A stretch of 64,000 bases of DNA from Spirochaetia bacterium (GTDB lineage Bacteria > Spirochaetota > Spirochaetia > SZUA-6 > Bin103): positions 6,752,001 through 6,816,000 of the forward strand of contig CBDBDQ010000005.1 in the NCBI GenBank assembly GCA_965203905.1, given 5' to 3'. The number at the start of each line of letters is the position of its first letter. Within the stretch, counting starts at the first letter, position 1. Positions 37,052-47,513 of the stretch are shown here, one piece after another. Position numbers and translations under genes: made by a program. Below the pieces are notes generated by a model, which was not told the DNA's origin, did no database searches, and saw only the letters and a program-made list of their open reading frames with translations.

Positions 37052-37833
37052 CTCGATGCGCTCGCGTAGCGGCGGAGTCCGGCTCGGAACACCAGGCTCG
37101 TGGCGCCGAGGCCGCCGACCGCGAGTACGCTCACGGCGGACAGCATCGGCAGCGAGAACTCGCCCAGCAGGACCTGAGCCGGCACCGTCGTGAGCACTCC
37201 CACCGGCACGATCCACGTCATCAGCAGCTTGAGCCATCCGGGATAGAGGGCAGTTGGGAAGCGCGCCAACTGCACGACCGGTCGCAGCAGCCACGAGAAC
37301 ATGAAGTCGGCCTTCCAGAACATCAAGCTGGCCAGCGACAGAGTCAGGGAATAGAGGATCGATACGCTCACGGCAACGGCGTAGATGAAGCTGGCGATCT
37401 GCCACGCGGACAGTTCGCTCCCCAACCACGCCAGCGCACGCGCCACGACGACGGCACCGAAGACTACTTCCGCCGCCACCAGGGGCGCCCAGCGTGCAAC
37501 GCTCACCAGCAACTGGGTGCCGCGCGGGCGCAGCAGGTGAAAATCGAGAACGCCACTCACAATGTCACCGTCGTATCCCGACAGCGCGTCGATGCTGGGA
37601 CCGAACACGACGTTGTGCAGCCCGGTGACGATGAAGAACATGCCGAGCACCACGCCCGCGCTCGCTTCCGACCATCCGTTGATCGTATCCACGTTGCCGA
37701 AGATCACGGTCAGGCTGAGCACGCCGGTCGCGAAGCGAACGCCGGCGCCAAGCAGTTCGATCCAGAACTGGGCGCGGTACGCGACCATCGACCGCACGGA
37801 ACGCCCCGCGAGGCATGAGAGCAGGCGCAACAC
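37048..37833 (-). CDS. ABC-2 family exporter permease (DUF990-like)
   Basis: AYRAQF, INGWS, GVLDFHLLRP, RFPTALYP, GLRRYASASS; GTG start after GGAGG. Confidence 0.88.
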   Translation of the reverse strand: MLRLLSCLAGRSVRSMVAYRAQFWIELLGAGVRFATGVLSLTVIFGNVDTINGWSEASAGVVLGMFFIVTGLHNVVFGPSIDALSGYDGDIVSGVLDFHLLRPRGTQLLVSVARWAPLVAAEVVFGAVVVARALAWLGSELSAWQIASFIYAVAVSVSILYSLTLSLASLMFWKADFMFSWLLRPVVQLARFPTALYPGWLKLLMTWIVPVGVLTTVPAQVLLGEFSLPMLSAVSVLAVGGLGATSLVFRAGLRRYASASS

Positions 37834-37838
37834 GGTGG

Positions 37839-38624
37839 TCAGCCTCCGACCGCGGCATGGTGCCGCACGCCCAGGCGCCAGAGCGAATACGCCAGCCCGG
37901 CGGACGCCGTCAGCCACGCGAGCTGCAGGATCATCCCCCGCGCCAGCGCGTCACCCTGCACGCTGCCCAGCAGGATCTCAATCGGAAACCCCAACATGTA
38001 GCGGAACGGCAGCCACTCCGCGACGGTCCGCAACCCGCCGGGCAGGAGACCCGTGGGAGCGATCTGACCTGCGAGCACGAACACGAACGCGTCCTGCATC
38101 AGCACCAGCGCATCGGACCTGGTGCTCCAATACGCCGTCAGCGCCAGCGAGAAGCCCCACAGGAACCGCAGGGCCCAGGCGGCCAGCAGTGCGACCGCGA
38201 ACAGGAACGGATCTCCCGGCAGCCCGACAGCGGCCGGCGCAAGAAGGAGCAGCAACGAGGCGGCAACGGGAATCGCGAATGACAGGAACACGACCTTGCC
38301 GGCGACCTCTGCGGCGACAGTATCGACGATCGGCGCGATCGGCCGCAGCAGCAGCGTGTTCATGGTGCCGTCTCGTATCAGGTCACCGACGGTCCAGTTG
38401 GTCTGCGCGAAGGTGAGTTGATTGACCACGATCAGCAGCAGGTAGTAGGCGACGAAATCAGCCCGCGTATAGCCGCCGATTGCACCCAGGCCGGCAGCGT
38501 TCGACCAGACGAAGAGGAATATCAGCGGCTGGGTCATCCATCCGAATGCAAGGAGGAAGAAGAACCCCTTGTACTGAAACCAGGCAGCCCAGGTGTGGGC
38601 GACAAGTGCCAGCGCCGTCCTCAC
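37839..38624 (-). CDS. ABC-2 family exporter permease (DUF990-like)
   Basis: IRDGTMNTLLLRP, AGQIAP..LLP, LPFRY..FPIE, GVRHHAAVGG. Confidence 0.88.
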   Translation of the reverse strand: MRTALALVAHTWAAWFQYKGFFFLLAFGWMTQPLIFLFVWSNAAGLGAIGGYTRADFVAYYLLLIVVNQLTFAQTNWTVGDLIRDGTMNTLLLRPIAPIVDTVAAEVAGKVVFLSFAIPVAASLLLLLAPAAVGLPGDPFLFAVALLAAWALRFLWGFSLALTAYWSTRSDALVLMQDAFVFVLAGQIAPTGLLPGGLRTVAEWLPFRYMLGFPIEILLGSVQGDALARGMILQLAWLTASAGLAYSLWRLGVRHHAAVGG

Positions 38625-39610
38625 GGGCGCCCACCCCGGCCGTACACGCGGTCGAGCACGTCCTCGATCGGCGGGTCTTCGACCTTCAGGTCGATCGGGC
38701 GCAGTCGCTCGATGAGCGTGCCCGTAACCCGAGCCACTGAATCGCGTTCGACGCGCAGGGTCAGCTCCTGTTCACTCGAGCGCAGCACCCGCGTCGATGG
38801 CAGCTTCGGCCACGCCCGCTGCGGCGTCCGCGTGGCAACGGTCAGCAGCTTGAACGGTGCGACCCGCTCGCTCAGCTCGTCGAGCGTGCCGTCGAATACC
38901 AGGCTGCCTTCATTGACGAGCACCACCCGCCGGCACAGCTCCTGCACATCGGCCATGTAGTGGCTGGTGAGCACCACGGTGACCCCATCCGTGTTCCGTT
39001 TTCTGATGAACTCACGCAGTCTGCGCTGCATGGAGACGTCGAGACCCAGCGTCGGCTCGTCCAGGAACACCAGACGAGGGCGGTGCAGGAACGCGGCGAT
39101 CAGCTCGCACTTCATGCGCTCCCCCAGAGACAGCGTCCGCACGGGTTTCGCGAGCAGCGCCCCCGCGTCGAGCAGGTCGATGAGCTCGGCGCTCGTCCTC
39201 CGAAACACCTCGCCCGGCACCCGGTAGATCTCCCGCAGCACGTCGAACGAGTCGCGCGCCGGGATGTCCCACGTCAACTGGCTCTTGTTGCCCAGCACCA
39301 TCGCGACCTGCCGCAGGTACTCCCTGCGGCGAAGCCAAGGCGTGTGCCCCAGCACCGACACCTCACCGGCGGTGGGGAACAGCAGACCGGCAAGGATCTT
39401 GAGCGTCGTGGTCTTGCCCGCCCCGTTGGGGCCGAGCAAACCAAGCATCTCGCCCTCGCCGACGGTGAAGGACAACCCCCGAACCGCCTCGATCACCGCG
39501 TAGGATCGTCGAATCAGACTGCCGAGAGCCGCAGCCAGACCGGAACCGCGTACCGGCACGCGGAAGCGCTTGGTCAGCGCTCGGACATCGATAGCATGCA
39601 CCCTCTCCAT
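38621..39610 (-). CDS. ABC exporter ATP-binding protein
   Basis: GPNGAGKTT, LSLGERMK, FLDEPTLGLD, LTSHYM. Confidence 0.93.
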   Translation of the reverse strand: MERVHAIDVRALTKRFRVPVRGSGLAAALGSLIRRSYAVIEAVRGLSFTVGEGEMLGLLGPNGAGKTTTLKILAGLLFPTAGEVSVLGHTPWLRRREYLRQVAMVLGNKSQLTWDIPARDSFDVLREIYRVPGEVFRRTSAELIDLLDAGALLAKPVRTLSLGERMKCELIAAFLHRPRLVFLDEPTLGLDVSMQRRLREFIRKRNTDGVTVVLTSHYMADVQELCRRVVLVNEGSLVFDGTLDELSERVAPFKLLTVATRTPQRAWPKLPSTRVLRSSEQELTLRVERDSVARVTGTLIERLRPIDLKVEDPPIEDVLDRVYGRGGRP

Positions 39611-39655
39611 CTCGCCGCTCAGTGTCGACGTTGGGGGGCCAGTGGAGGGTTGCTG

Positions 39656-40408
39656 CTATAGGCTGGTCATCAACTCCTTGATCGCGCGCAACAGATGCTC
39701 GGCCCGCTCCCCGGCCTCCCGGAGCGAACTGAGCCACCGGTCGGTCGCCGAGTAGACGGTCTCGTCCCCGCGCGGCGCATCGATCACCCGGGAAGGGAGC
39801 TCTCGGCCGCCGCGGTCCAGGTGGGTCATCATTCTCAGGATCGACATGGCGCTGTAGCCGGCCCGCAGCAGCGTGCGGATCACCCTGAGCCGGTCGATGT
39901 CAGCATTCGTGTACCTGCGATAGCCGTTGGCCTGATCCCGGCGCACCGCGATCAGGCCGTTGCGCTCCCAGTCGCGCAGCGCTGCAGTGCTCGCGCCCAC
40001 GTGCTCAGCAGCTTCCGAGATAACCATGCCCGACTCAGCCAGGCCGCTCGCTGGCAGGGAGGCCCAGTGGTCCAGCGCTTCGGCCGCGCGGCGGGCCCTC
40101 GTTTCCTCCGCCGCGACAAGCGCCTTGAAACGAAGGGCGAACCCCAGGGCGGTTTCGAGGTCCTCCAACGCGGCATGACGCGCCGCTTGTGCGGCGAGAG
40201 TCTTCGGCACGACGTAGGGACCGCCCACCGCCAGGCGAGCCACCCTCATCTGAGCCAGATCACGTTCCGAGAACGAACGATAGCCGCCGTCCGTGCGCGC
40301 GATCGGGGCCAGCAAACCGAGCCGCTCGTATAGGCGGACCGTATTGGGATGCACCCCTGCCGCCGAAGCGATCTGGGACGTCGTGTACCTGCGCTCGGAG
40401 CACGTCAC
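39656..40408 (-). CDS. MerR family regulator with two HTH domains
   Basis: IASAAGVHPNTVRLYERLGL..GYRSF and ISEAAEHVGAST AALRDWERNGL..NGYRRY. Confidence 0.88.
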   Translation of the reverse strand: MTCSERRYTTSQIASAAGVHPNTVRLYERLGLLAPIARTDGGYRSFSERDLAQMRVARLAVGGPYVVPKTLAAQAARHAALEDLETALGFALRFKALVAAEETRARRAAEALDHWASLPASGLAESGMVISEAAEHVGASTAALRDWERNGLIAVRRDQANGYRRYTNADIDRLRVIRTLLRAGYSAMSILRMMTHLDRGGRELPSRVIDAPRGDETVYSATDRWLSSLREAGERAEHLLRAIKELMTSL

Positions 40409-40524
40409 ACCGAGCAGGCCGCATAGAATGGGTTCACAACGACGATGCCGTGATAGCGCTGATCGGGGTTGAGATCCTCAGCGAGCAGCTTCCGGCAGCC
40501 TGAACGTTCCGTAGCGGCGCTCAT
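40405..40524 (-). pseudogene. Internally deleted PIN (VapC-like) toxin remnant, 39 aa
   Basis: MSAAT joined directly to PIN C-terminal ERSGCRKLLAEDLNPDQRYHGIVVVNPF; catalytic DTN region missing. Confidence 0.75.
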
Positions 40525-40744
40525 GCAGCTCCTGTCGTGTCCATCGATGAGGTCCCATCGGACGGCTGAGCCGTGCGAACGAGTCGTCCAGCGCACGGAC
40601 TGCCTGCTCCCGCGCTGCCGCGTCCCGCGCCGCAACCGATTCGAGGTACTCGCGCACCAGCGCGGTGAGCGTGGTATTCCTGTTGACGGCTATCTTGCGT
40701 ACCTGACGGACGACGTCATCGGAAACGCTCAACGTAATGTTCAA
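40478..40744 (-). CDS. DUF6364/RHH-type antitoxin
   Basis: MNITLSVSDDVVRQVRKIA..TTLTALVREYL..WTRQELHER; TTG start with AGGAGG RBS. Confidence 0.8.
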   Translation of the reverse strand: MNITLSVSDDVVRQVRKIAVNRNTTLTALVREYLESVAARDAAAREQAVRALDDSFARLSRPMGPHRWTRQELHERRYGTFRLPEAAR

Positions 40745-40810
40745 CTCCGCCCGCCTCCTGCGCAGATCGTACCATCATAGGGCTGAGCCGCAATACGGCT
40801 CCCGTCCGGA

Positions 40811-40838
40811 AACAAGAACGCCCCGCCGAAGCGGGGCG
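40811..40838 (-). terminator. Intrinsic terminator after SBP 3
   Basis: CGCCCCGC-TTCG-GCGGGGCG followed by TTCTTGTTT on minus strand. Confidence 0.8.
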
Positions 40839-40862
40839 CCAGAAACGAAAGCTGTTCGCTGG

Positions 40863-42844
40863 TCAGTTCCTGAAGAAAACCATGTTCAGGTAGTAGTTCA
40901 TGGTCAGCATGCCTTCTGCCGAGGCCGGCAGCTCGCGCGGCACGTTGCCCAGGTTGTTGCGTACCACCAGCGGCGAGGGAGCCATGCCCACCACGCCGAT
41001 GGTCCACAGCTTCTCCGCGTGCAGATCGTAGACGCGCGCACGCACGTCCATGTACTCGGGGCTGCCGTAGACCGTGGACTGCATCTCCACGCGCGCCATG
41101 TCGTAGAGGCGCTGGAAGTCGGCCGGCGGCTTCTCACCGGGCAGCTCCGTGCCGTCGGTGTTCTGGACGCCCGCGCTGCGCGCGTTGTTCTCGGCCGACC
41201 AGTAGGCGTAGTAGCGGCCCGCGCCGCGGTGGCCGGCGCCCATCAGGCTGCTGTTGCCGGACACGAAGGTGTAGAACTCGATGCCGGAGACGCCGGTAGC
41301 GCGGACGTCCATCTCGCCTGACGTCTCGGCGGCGCGGATCCCGTCACCGTCGAGCGGGCCGAGCTGGATGTTGACGCCCACGTCTCCCCAGTACTCCTTG
41401 ACCAGCTCGTGGGTCAGGACCGAGGGATCGCTGGCCGGGTCGCCGGGTGCGCCGTAGGTCAGCACCAGGTTCAGCGGTTCGCCGTTGGACATCAGCCGCA
41501 CGCCGTCGGCGTTGCGCTTGTCCAGGCCGATCGAATCGAGAATCCGGTTGGCCTCGTCGGGATCGTAACGGGCGTAGGGATGCTCCTCGCCCCACTCCGG
41601 CTTGTAGAAGCGCGCATCGCTGCGCACCGTCGACTGCCGCGGCACGGCCTGTCCCAGCCACACCGTCTCGTTGATGTTGTCGCGGTCGATGGCCAGCGAC
41701 ATGGCGCGGCTGAACTCCACGTTGTTGAACAGCTCACGCTTGACCGGATCGAGGTTGTCCACGCCGAAGGTGTAGGCCACGTTGGCACCCGCCAGCCCCT
41801 CGATCAGGGTCGCGGTGTAGCCCTTGGCCTCCTCGTTCTGCTTCAGCACCGGGTAGTCGGCGAGCCCCATGCTGGTCGCGTAGTCCGCCTCCCCGGCGAT
41901 CACCTTCAGCTTGTAGGTAGCCATGTTTACGGTTTCGCTGACGATGCGGTCGATGTAGGGGACTGCTGTCCTGCGGTGTCGACGGCGTAGTGGTAGGGAT
42001 TGCGCTCCCAGATGCGCACCGTCGTGGTCTGCTCCTTCCACATCCACGCGTGCACGCTCGGCTTGTTGATGTCCTTGGCCGGGCAGCAGAAGGTATAGTG
42101 ATCGTTGAATGCCGCCGCCCAGTCGGCGTGCCCCTCTTCCTTGGCCTTGGCGTTGGCATCCGGGTTGTACTCGATGTGCCACTGCTTGAGCCACTTGCTC
42201 GGGGCATACGCGCGCCAGTCGCTGCCGCGCCAGTGCAGCATGTTCAGGACCACGCGCGGATAGGGGACCCGGAAGTCGTAGCGCACGGTGTAGTCGTCCA
42301 CCGCGGTGATCGACTCGAGCTGCTCCGGATAGCCCCAGGTGCTGATCCCCTCGTCCAGGTCCATCTCACGCTTGAAGCGGAAGTCCTCGGCGGTGAATGG
42401 GTCGCCGTTGGACCACTTCATCCCCTCGCGCAGGTAGAGCGTGAAGGTCATGTTGTCGTCCGACAGCTCGTAGTCCCTGGCCTGGTCAGGCTCGATGGAA
42501 CCGTCGAAGTTCATCCGCAACGGGTACTGGCTGCGCTCGGGCGAGTCGCCGCCGTCGACCCAGGGATGCGCTCCGGTGCCGAACACGTTCAGCGTGCCGC
42601 CGTAAGTACCGACTTCCTCCAGCGGTACCAGCACATTCGGCTCGATGGGAAGACGCTCTTCCAGCGGCGGCAGGTCGCCCGCGGCCACCATGGCCGCCAG
42701 CATGGGCGCTTCCGAGTACTGGCCGTCCCCGGCCATCGCGGCGCCGCTGCCTGCCGCGCCTTCTTCGGTGCCGCTGGCCCAGGCCGACGTACCGATGAGA
42801 AGTGCCGCGCCCAGCAGGGCGGGCATCAATCTTGCAGTCTGCAT
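40863..42844 (-). pseudogene. Family 5 ABC substrate-binding protein (SBP 3) with single-base frameshift at ~41962
   Basis: MQTARL..SEAPMLA..RNPYHYAVDTAGQQ then frame change to PYIDRIV; one added base restores conserved QLPYID. May be a sequencing error. Confidence 0.8.
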
Positions 42845-42941
42845 GGCTGCTCCTTTCCTTGGATTGGATATACGGGACCGACTATCCCACAAACCGGGTA
42901 TCGCGGCAAGACGAACGCCGCGCCGCGCCGCGCAGGCCCGG

Positions 42942-44039
42942 CTACCGGTACGGGTCGGCGGCGTCGCGCAGGCCGTCGCCCGCGAAATTGAAGCACAGCA
43001 CGGTGAGCACCACGACCAGCGCCGGGATCAACAGCCACGGATGACCTGCCAGTGTGCGGATGCTGGCCGCCTGTTGCAGGGCCACGCCCCAGCTCACCAC
43101 CGGGGCCTGCAGGCCCAGGCCTATGAAGCTGAGGGCGGTCTCGCCGAGGATCATGGCGGGCACCGCCAGCGTGAGGTGCACGATCAGGTAGCCCAGGAAG
43201 TTGGGCAGCATGTGGCGCACGATCACGCTGATGCGGGTCGCTCCGGCGACGCCCGCGGCGGTGACGTAGTCCTCCTCGCGGAGCTGCAGGATCTTGCCCC
43301 GCACTACCCGCGCCAGCCCCGTCCAGCCGATGATCGACAGAATCAGCGTAATCATGAAGAATTTGCGCAACTGGGGCCAGTCGAGCGGAATGGAGGCGCT
43401 CAACGCCATCCACAGCGGGATGCTGGGCAGCGACTGCAGGAACTCGATGACGCGCTGAATCGCCATGTCCACCGGGCCGCCGAGCAGTCCCGACAGGCCA
43501 CCCAGCAGGCAACCCATGACGAAGCTCACGGCCACCCCGAGCAGTCCGATGGAGAGTGAGATGCGCGCGCCGTGGACGACGCGGGAGAGGACGTCGCGGC
43601 CGAGCTGGTCGGCTCCGAACAGGTACATCACTCCCGGCGCCTCCACGCCGAACAGATGCTTGTTCGACGGGAACAGCCCGATCAGCTTGTACTCGTCGCC
43701 GGGCACCAGCAGGCGTACCGGGTGGCGCTGCGACGGATCCTCCTTGTACACCATCAGCAGCGTCACCGGATCGCGTTCGCGGGTCAGGCCGTAGACGAAG
43801 GGCCGCTGCAACCGCCCGTCGTGGAACACGCGCACCCGCGTCGGCGGGGCCAGCGCGAACTCCGTGCGGCTGTCCAGGCGGTCGTAGGGCGCGACGAACC
43901 CCGCGAAAGCCGCGGCGGCGTACAGCACCGCGAGCACCACCGACGACCCCACGGCGAAGCGGTGCTTGGCGAACTTGCGCCGCATGAGGGTCCAGCTCGA
44001 AGCGACGAAATACTGCTCGGCATCCGTCGTTCTGGCCAT
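42942..44039 (-). CDS. ABC permease (DppC/OppC-like)
   Basis: GADQLGRD, ETALSFIGLG, GDGLRDAADP. Confidence 0.93.
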   Translation of the reverse strand: MARTTDAEQYFVASSWTLMRRKFAKHRFAVGSSVVLAVLYAAAAFAGFVAPYDRLDSRTEFALAPPTRVRVFHDGRLQRPFVYGLTRERDPVTLLMVYKEDPSQRHPVRLLVPGDEYKLIGLFPSNKHLFGVEAPGVMYLFGADQLGRDVLSRVVHGARISLSIGLLGVAVSFVMGCLLGGLSGLLGGPVDMAIQRVIEFLQSLPSIPLWMALSASIPLDWPQLRKFFMITLILSIIGWTGLARVVRGKILQLREEDYVTAAGVAGATRISVIVRHMLPNFLGYLIVHLTLAVPAMILGETALSFIGLGLQAPVVSWGVALQQAASIRTLAGHPWLLIPALVVVLTVLCFNFAGDGLRDAADPYR

Positions 44040-44040
44040 T

Positions 44041-45036
44041 TCAGTTCTTCTGCTCGAAACGGATGCGCGGATCGACCACCACCAGCAACAGGTCCGAGAG
44101 CAGGGTGCCGATCATGGTCAGGATGCCGAGCAGCAGCACCACGCTGCTGGCCAGGTACATGTCCTGCTGCAGCAGTCCGTTGAGCATCAGCGGGCCGATG
44201 GTGGGCAGGTTAATCACGATAGCCACCAGCGCCTCGCCCGAGACGATCGCCGGCAACAGGTAGCCGATGCCGCTGATGATCGGGTTGATGGCGATGCGCA
44301 CCGGGTACTTGAACAGGATGTGCCGCTCATTCGCCCCCTTGGCGCGCGCGGTTATCACGTACTGCTTCCCAAGCTCGTCGGCCAGGGAACTGCGCAGCAC
44401 CCGGATCATCCCGGCGGTGCCGGAGGTGCCGATCACGAGCAGCGGCACCGGCAGGTGCTTCATCAGGTCGAGCACCCGCCCCAAGCTCCACGGAGCGGCC
44501 AGGTATTCGCGCGAGAACAAGCCCCCCGGACTCCAGTTGAGGTAGCGCAGCGCCAGGAACATCAGGATCAATGCCAGCAGGAAGTCGGGCGTGGCCAGCC
44601 CGATGAAGCCGAACACGGTGCCGGTATAGTCTCCCATCGAGTAGGGATGGGTGGCGGAATAGATGCCGATGGGGACCGCGATGAGGTAGGTGATGATGAG
44701 GGTGCCGATGGAGATGGTGACGGTGAGCAGGAAGCGTTCGCCGAGCAACTCGGACACCGGCTTGTTGTAGGCCATCGACTCGCCGAAGTCGCCGCGCAGG
44801 AGGATGTTGCCGATCCACTTGAGGTACTGCTCGTGCATCGGGCGGTCGAAGGCGAAACGCGCGTAGAGGCCCTTCATCATCTCCTCGCTCACCACCAGCC
44901 CGCGCTGCTCCATCTGGAACACGAACTTGGTGACGAAGTCGCCCGGCGGGAGCTGGATGATGAGGAAGGCGACCGCCGACAGCACCGCCGTTGACAGCAC
45001 CAAGTAGAACAGCCGGCGGACGACGTACTGGGACAT
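44041..45036 (-). CDS. ABC permease (DppB/OppB-like)
   Basis: YVVRRL, LPPGDF, YVITARAKG, VDPRIRF. Confidence 0.93.
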   Translation of the reverse strand: MSQYVVRRLFYLVLSTAVLSAVAFLIIQLPPGDFVTKFVFQMEQRGLVVSEEMMKGLYARFAFDRPMHEQYLKWIGNILLRGDFGESMAYNKPVSELLGERFLLTVTISIGTLIITYLIAVPIGIYSATHPYSMGDYTGTVFGFIGLATPDFLLALILMFLALRYLNWSPGGLFSREYLAAPWSLGRVLDLMKHLPVPLLVIGTSGTAGMIRVLRSSLADELGKQYVITARAKGANERHILFKYPVRIAINPIISGIGYLLPAIVSGEALVAIVINLPTIGPLMLNGLLQQDMYLASSVVLLLGILTMIGTLLSDLLLVVVDPRIRFEQKN

Positions 45037-45105
45037 CGCGCAGATATTGAGCGATGACCGGCGCCGTGTCCACCGGGGCGACCGGGCGCGGTGTGCGCGG
45101 CGCGG

Positions 45106-46096
45106 TCAGGCGAGGCCGATGGCGCGGAGCAGGGTCTCCTGCACCGCCAGCTCGTGGTCGAGCGAGCGTTCCGGGGGCGCCTCGCCGCGGACGGTCGCGA
45201 GCAGCGAGTCGAGGCCGGCGTAGTAGCGGCGCCGGTGCGGGATTGGTACCGTCTGCCAGCCCTTGGCGTAGCCGTCGCGGTCGCGGTCCAGGCACAGGCG
45301 CAGGGCGGGCGGCTCGAACGGTTCCAGGATCGCGCTGCCGCGGGTGCCGTACACCTCCAGGCGCCGCGATTCCACCGAGGAGACTTCCATGTAGGCCGAC
45401 TCCACCGTCGCCATGGCGCCGGGGTACTGGAGCACGGCCGCGGTGTTGTCCGGGAACCAGGGCGGGTCGCCGCCGTCGTGGCGCGAGAAGCGGGTGACCC
45501 GCCGCGGCCGTCCCAGGATCGCGACGATGATGTCGATCAGGTGGCAGCCGACGATGAACATGAATGCCGCCGGCGCGCACCCCGCGCGACTCCCACAGCT
45601 TCCAGCGGTCTTCGCTGCCGGGCCACGACGAGATGCGTCCGCGGATCGAGAAGATGTCGCCCAGCCTCCCGGAGCGCGCCCACTCCATGATGAAGCGGAA
45701 GCCGGGGTGGTAGCGCCACATGTAGCTGAGCTGCACCATCAGCCCGCGCTCGCGGGCGGTCTCCACCACCTCGCGGAACGCCTCCAGGTCGTCGCCGGCG
45801 GGCTTGTCCAGCCACACGTGCTTGCCGTGCTCCACCGCCTCCCGCGCAAACCCGACGTTCTGGAAGATCTCGCCCTCGGCGGCGATGGCGACGATACCGT
45901 CATCCTCCAGCATCTCTTCCTTGCTGGCGAACCAGTGGACGTCCTTGTAGGCCGGATCGGACCCGAGCGCCTCCCGCACCTGGGGAGAGGGCTCGTACAC
46001 TCCGGCCAGCTCGACCTGAGCACTCTCTCGGATCACCCGCGCCTTGCCGGCGGCGTGGTCGTGGGAGATCCCGTACTGCGCAAACTTCACTGCCAA
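45106..46096 (-). pseudogene. Gfo/Idh/MocA oxidoreductase with single-base frameshift at ~45563
   Basis: GKHVWLDKP and YMWRY in first frame; MFIVGCHLID..LEVYGTRG in second; GGC GGC ATT C ATG has one extra base. Confidence 0.78.
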
Positions 46097-46193
46097 CCCC
46101 CGATGCAGGCGCGTTTGCGCTATTCTGCCGGCGACTCATGGGACCTGCAAACGCAGTGCGGCGTAACGGCGACCGACAGCTCGGGGGCTTGCC

Positions 46194-47465
46194 GTGACTT
46201 GGCCGTCCGGAACATATCCGCTCAGCGCGGTACGCGCCGTGGCGCTGCACGCGCAGGGGCTGTGCGAACCGCTGCCGCGCAGCCGCCGCGTGGGTGCCGC
46301 TGCCGTCTATGCGGCTGTCGAGCGGGTGGGCTGGGTGCAGATCGATACCCTGCAGGTGGTGCGCCGGGCGCAATACCTGACCCTGTGGAGCAGGCTCGGG
46401 AGCTACGCCCCCGACGACCTCGACCGGCTGCTGTTCGACGGGGGACGCAGCGGGCCGGAAAATGGCCGCCGCCTGTTCGAGTACTGGATGCACGCGGCCT
46501 GCATCATTCCGCTGAGCCACTATCCCTTGGCGCTGCCGATGATGCGTGAGCGGGCGGAGGGACGCAACGGCTGGCACCGCGCCTGGGCGCGCGACCCCGA
46601 CAAGGCCCGCCTGCTGCGGGCGGTGCTGGCGCGCATCAGGACGGAGGGTCCGTGCCGGCCTGCAGACATCCGCACCGAGAAGAAGCGGCCCGGCACCTGG
46701 TGGAACTGGGACGACGCCAAGGTCGCCCTGGAGCACCTGTACGACGCCGGTGAACTGGCGATCTGCAACCGGGTCAACTTCCAGCGCGTCTACGACCTGC
46801 GGGAGCGCGTGCTGCCGCGGTGGGTGGACCGCCGCGAGCCGGACCCGGAGCAGGCTCTGCGCACGCTGCTGGAGATCTCGAGCAAGGCGCTCGGCATCTG
46901 CACGCCCGCCCAGGTGGCCAACTACCTTCACGCGAAGCAGGCCGACGCCCGGCACCTGGTCGAGCGGCTGATCGCCGACGGCCGGCTGCTCACCGTGGCC
47001 GCCCGGCTGGCCGACGGCAGCGCCCACGATCTGGTGGTGCACCGCGACAACCTGCACCTGCTGCAGCGTGCCGCGGACGGCGAGCTGCGTCCCCGCCGCA
47101 CCACCTTCCTGAGCCCGTTCGACAGCCTGTTCTGGGCCGGCGGGCGCGACCAGGGCTTCTGGCGCTTCCGGCAGGTGCTGGAGTGCTACAAACCGGAGCC
47201 GCTGCGCGAGTGGGGCTACTTCTGTCTGCCGATTCTCGACCGCGGACGGCTGGCCGGCCGGTTCGACCCCAAGCTGGAGCGGAACAAGGGGCTGTTGCGG
47301 CTCAAGAAGCTGTACCTGGAGCCCGGCGTCAGACCGAGCGAGCGGCTGGTAACCGCGATGGCGCGCAGCATGCGCGACTTCCTGCGCTTCCACCAGGCCG
47401 ACGACCTGGCGATCGAGCACAGCGATCCCCCGGAACTCGCAACCAGGTTGCTGGCGGCGCTGTAA
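46194..47465 (+). CDS. YcaQ/AlkZ-like (HTH_42) crosslink-repair DNA glycosylase
   Basis: VQIDTL (QxD), LWSRLG, FEYWMHAA, LSPFDSL, WGYFCLPIL, GRFDPK. Confidence 0.9.
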   Translation: MTWPSGTYPLSAVRAVALHAQGLCEPLPRSRRVGAAAVYAAVERVGWVQIDTLQVVRRAQYLTLWSRLGSYAPDDLDRLLFDGGRSGPENGRRLFEYWMHAACIIPLSHYPLALPMMRERAEGRNGWHRAWARDPDKARLLRAVLARIRTEGPCRPADIRTEKKRPGTWWNWDDAKVALEHLYDAGELAICNRVNFQRVYDLRERVLPRWVDRREPDPEQALRTLLEISSKALGICTPAQVANYLHAKQADARHLVERLIADGRLLTVAARLADGSAHDLVVHRDNLHLLQRAADGELRPRRTTFLSPFDSLFWAGGRDQGFWRFRQVLECYKPEPLREWGYFCLPILDRGRLAGRFDPKLERNKGLLRLKKLYLEPGVRPSERLVTAMARSMRDFLRFHQADDLAIEHSDPPELATRLLAAL

Positions 47466-47513
47466 GGAGCTGGCGGCAGCCGCTGCCAGGCCCGAGCGGG
47501 GTATATTCGCGCC

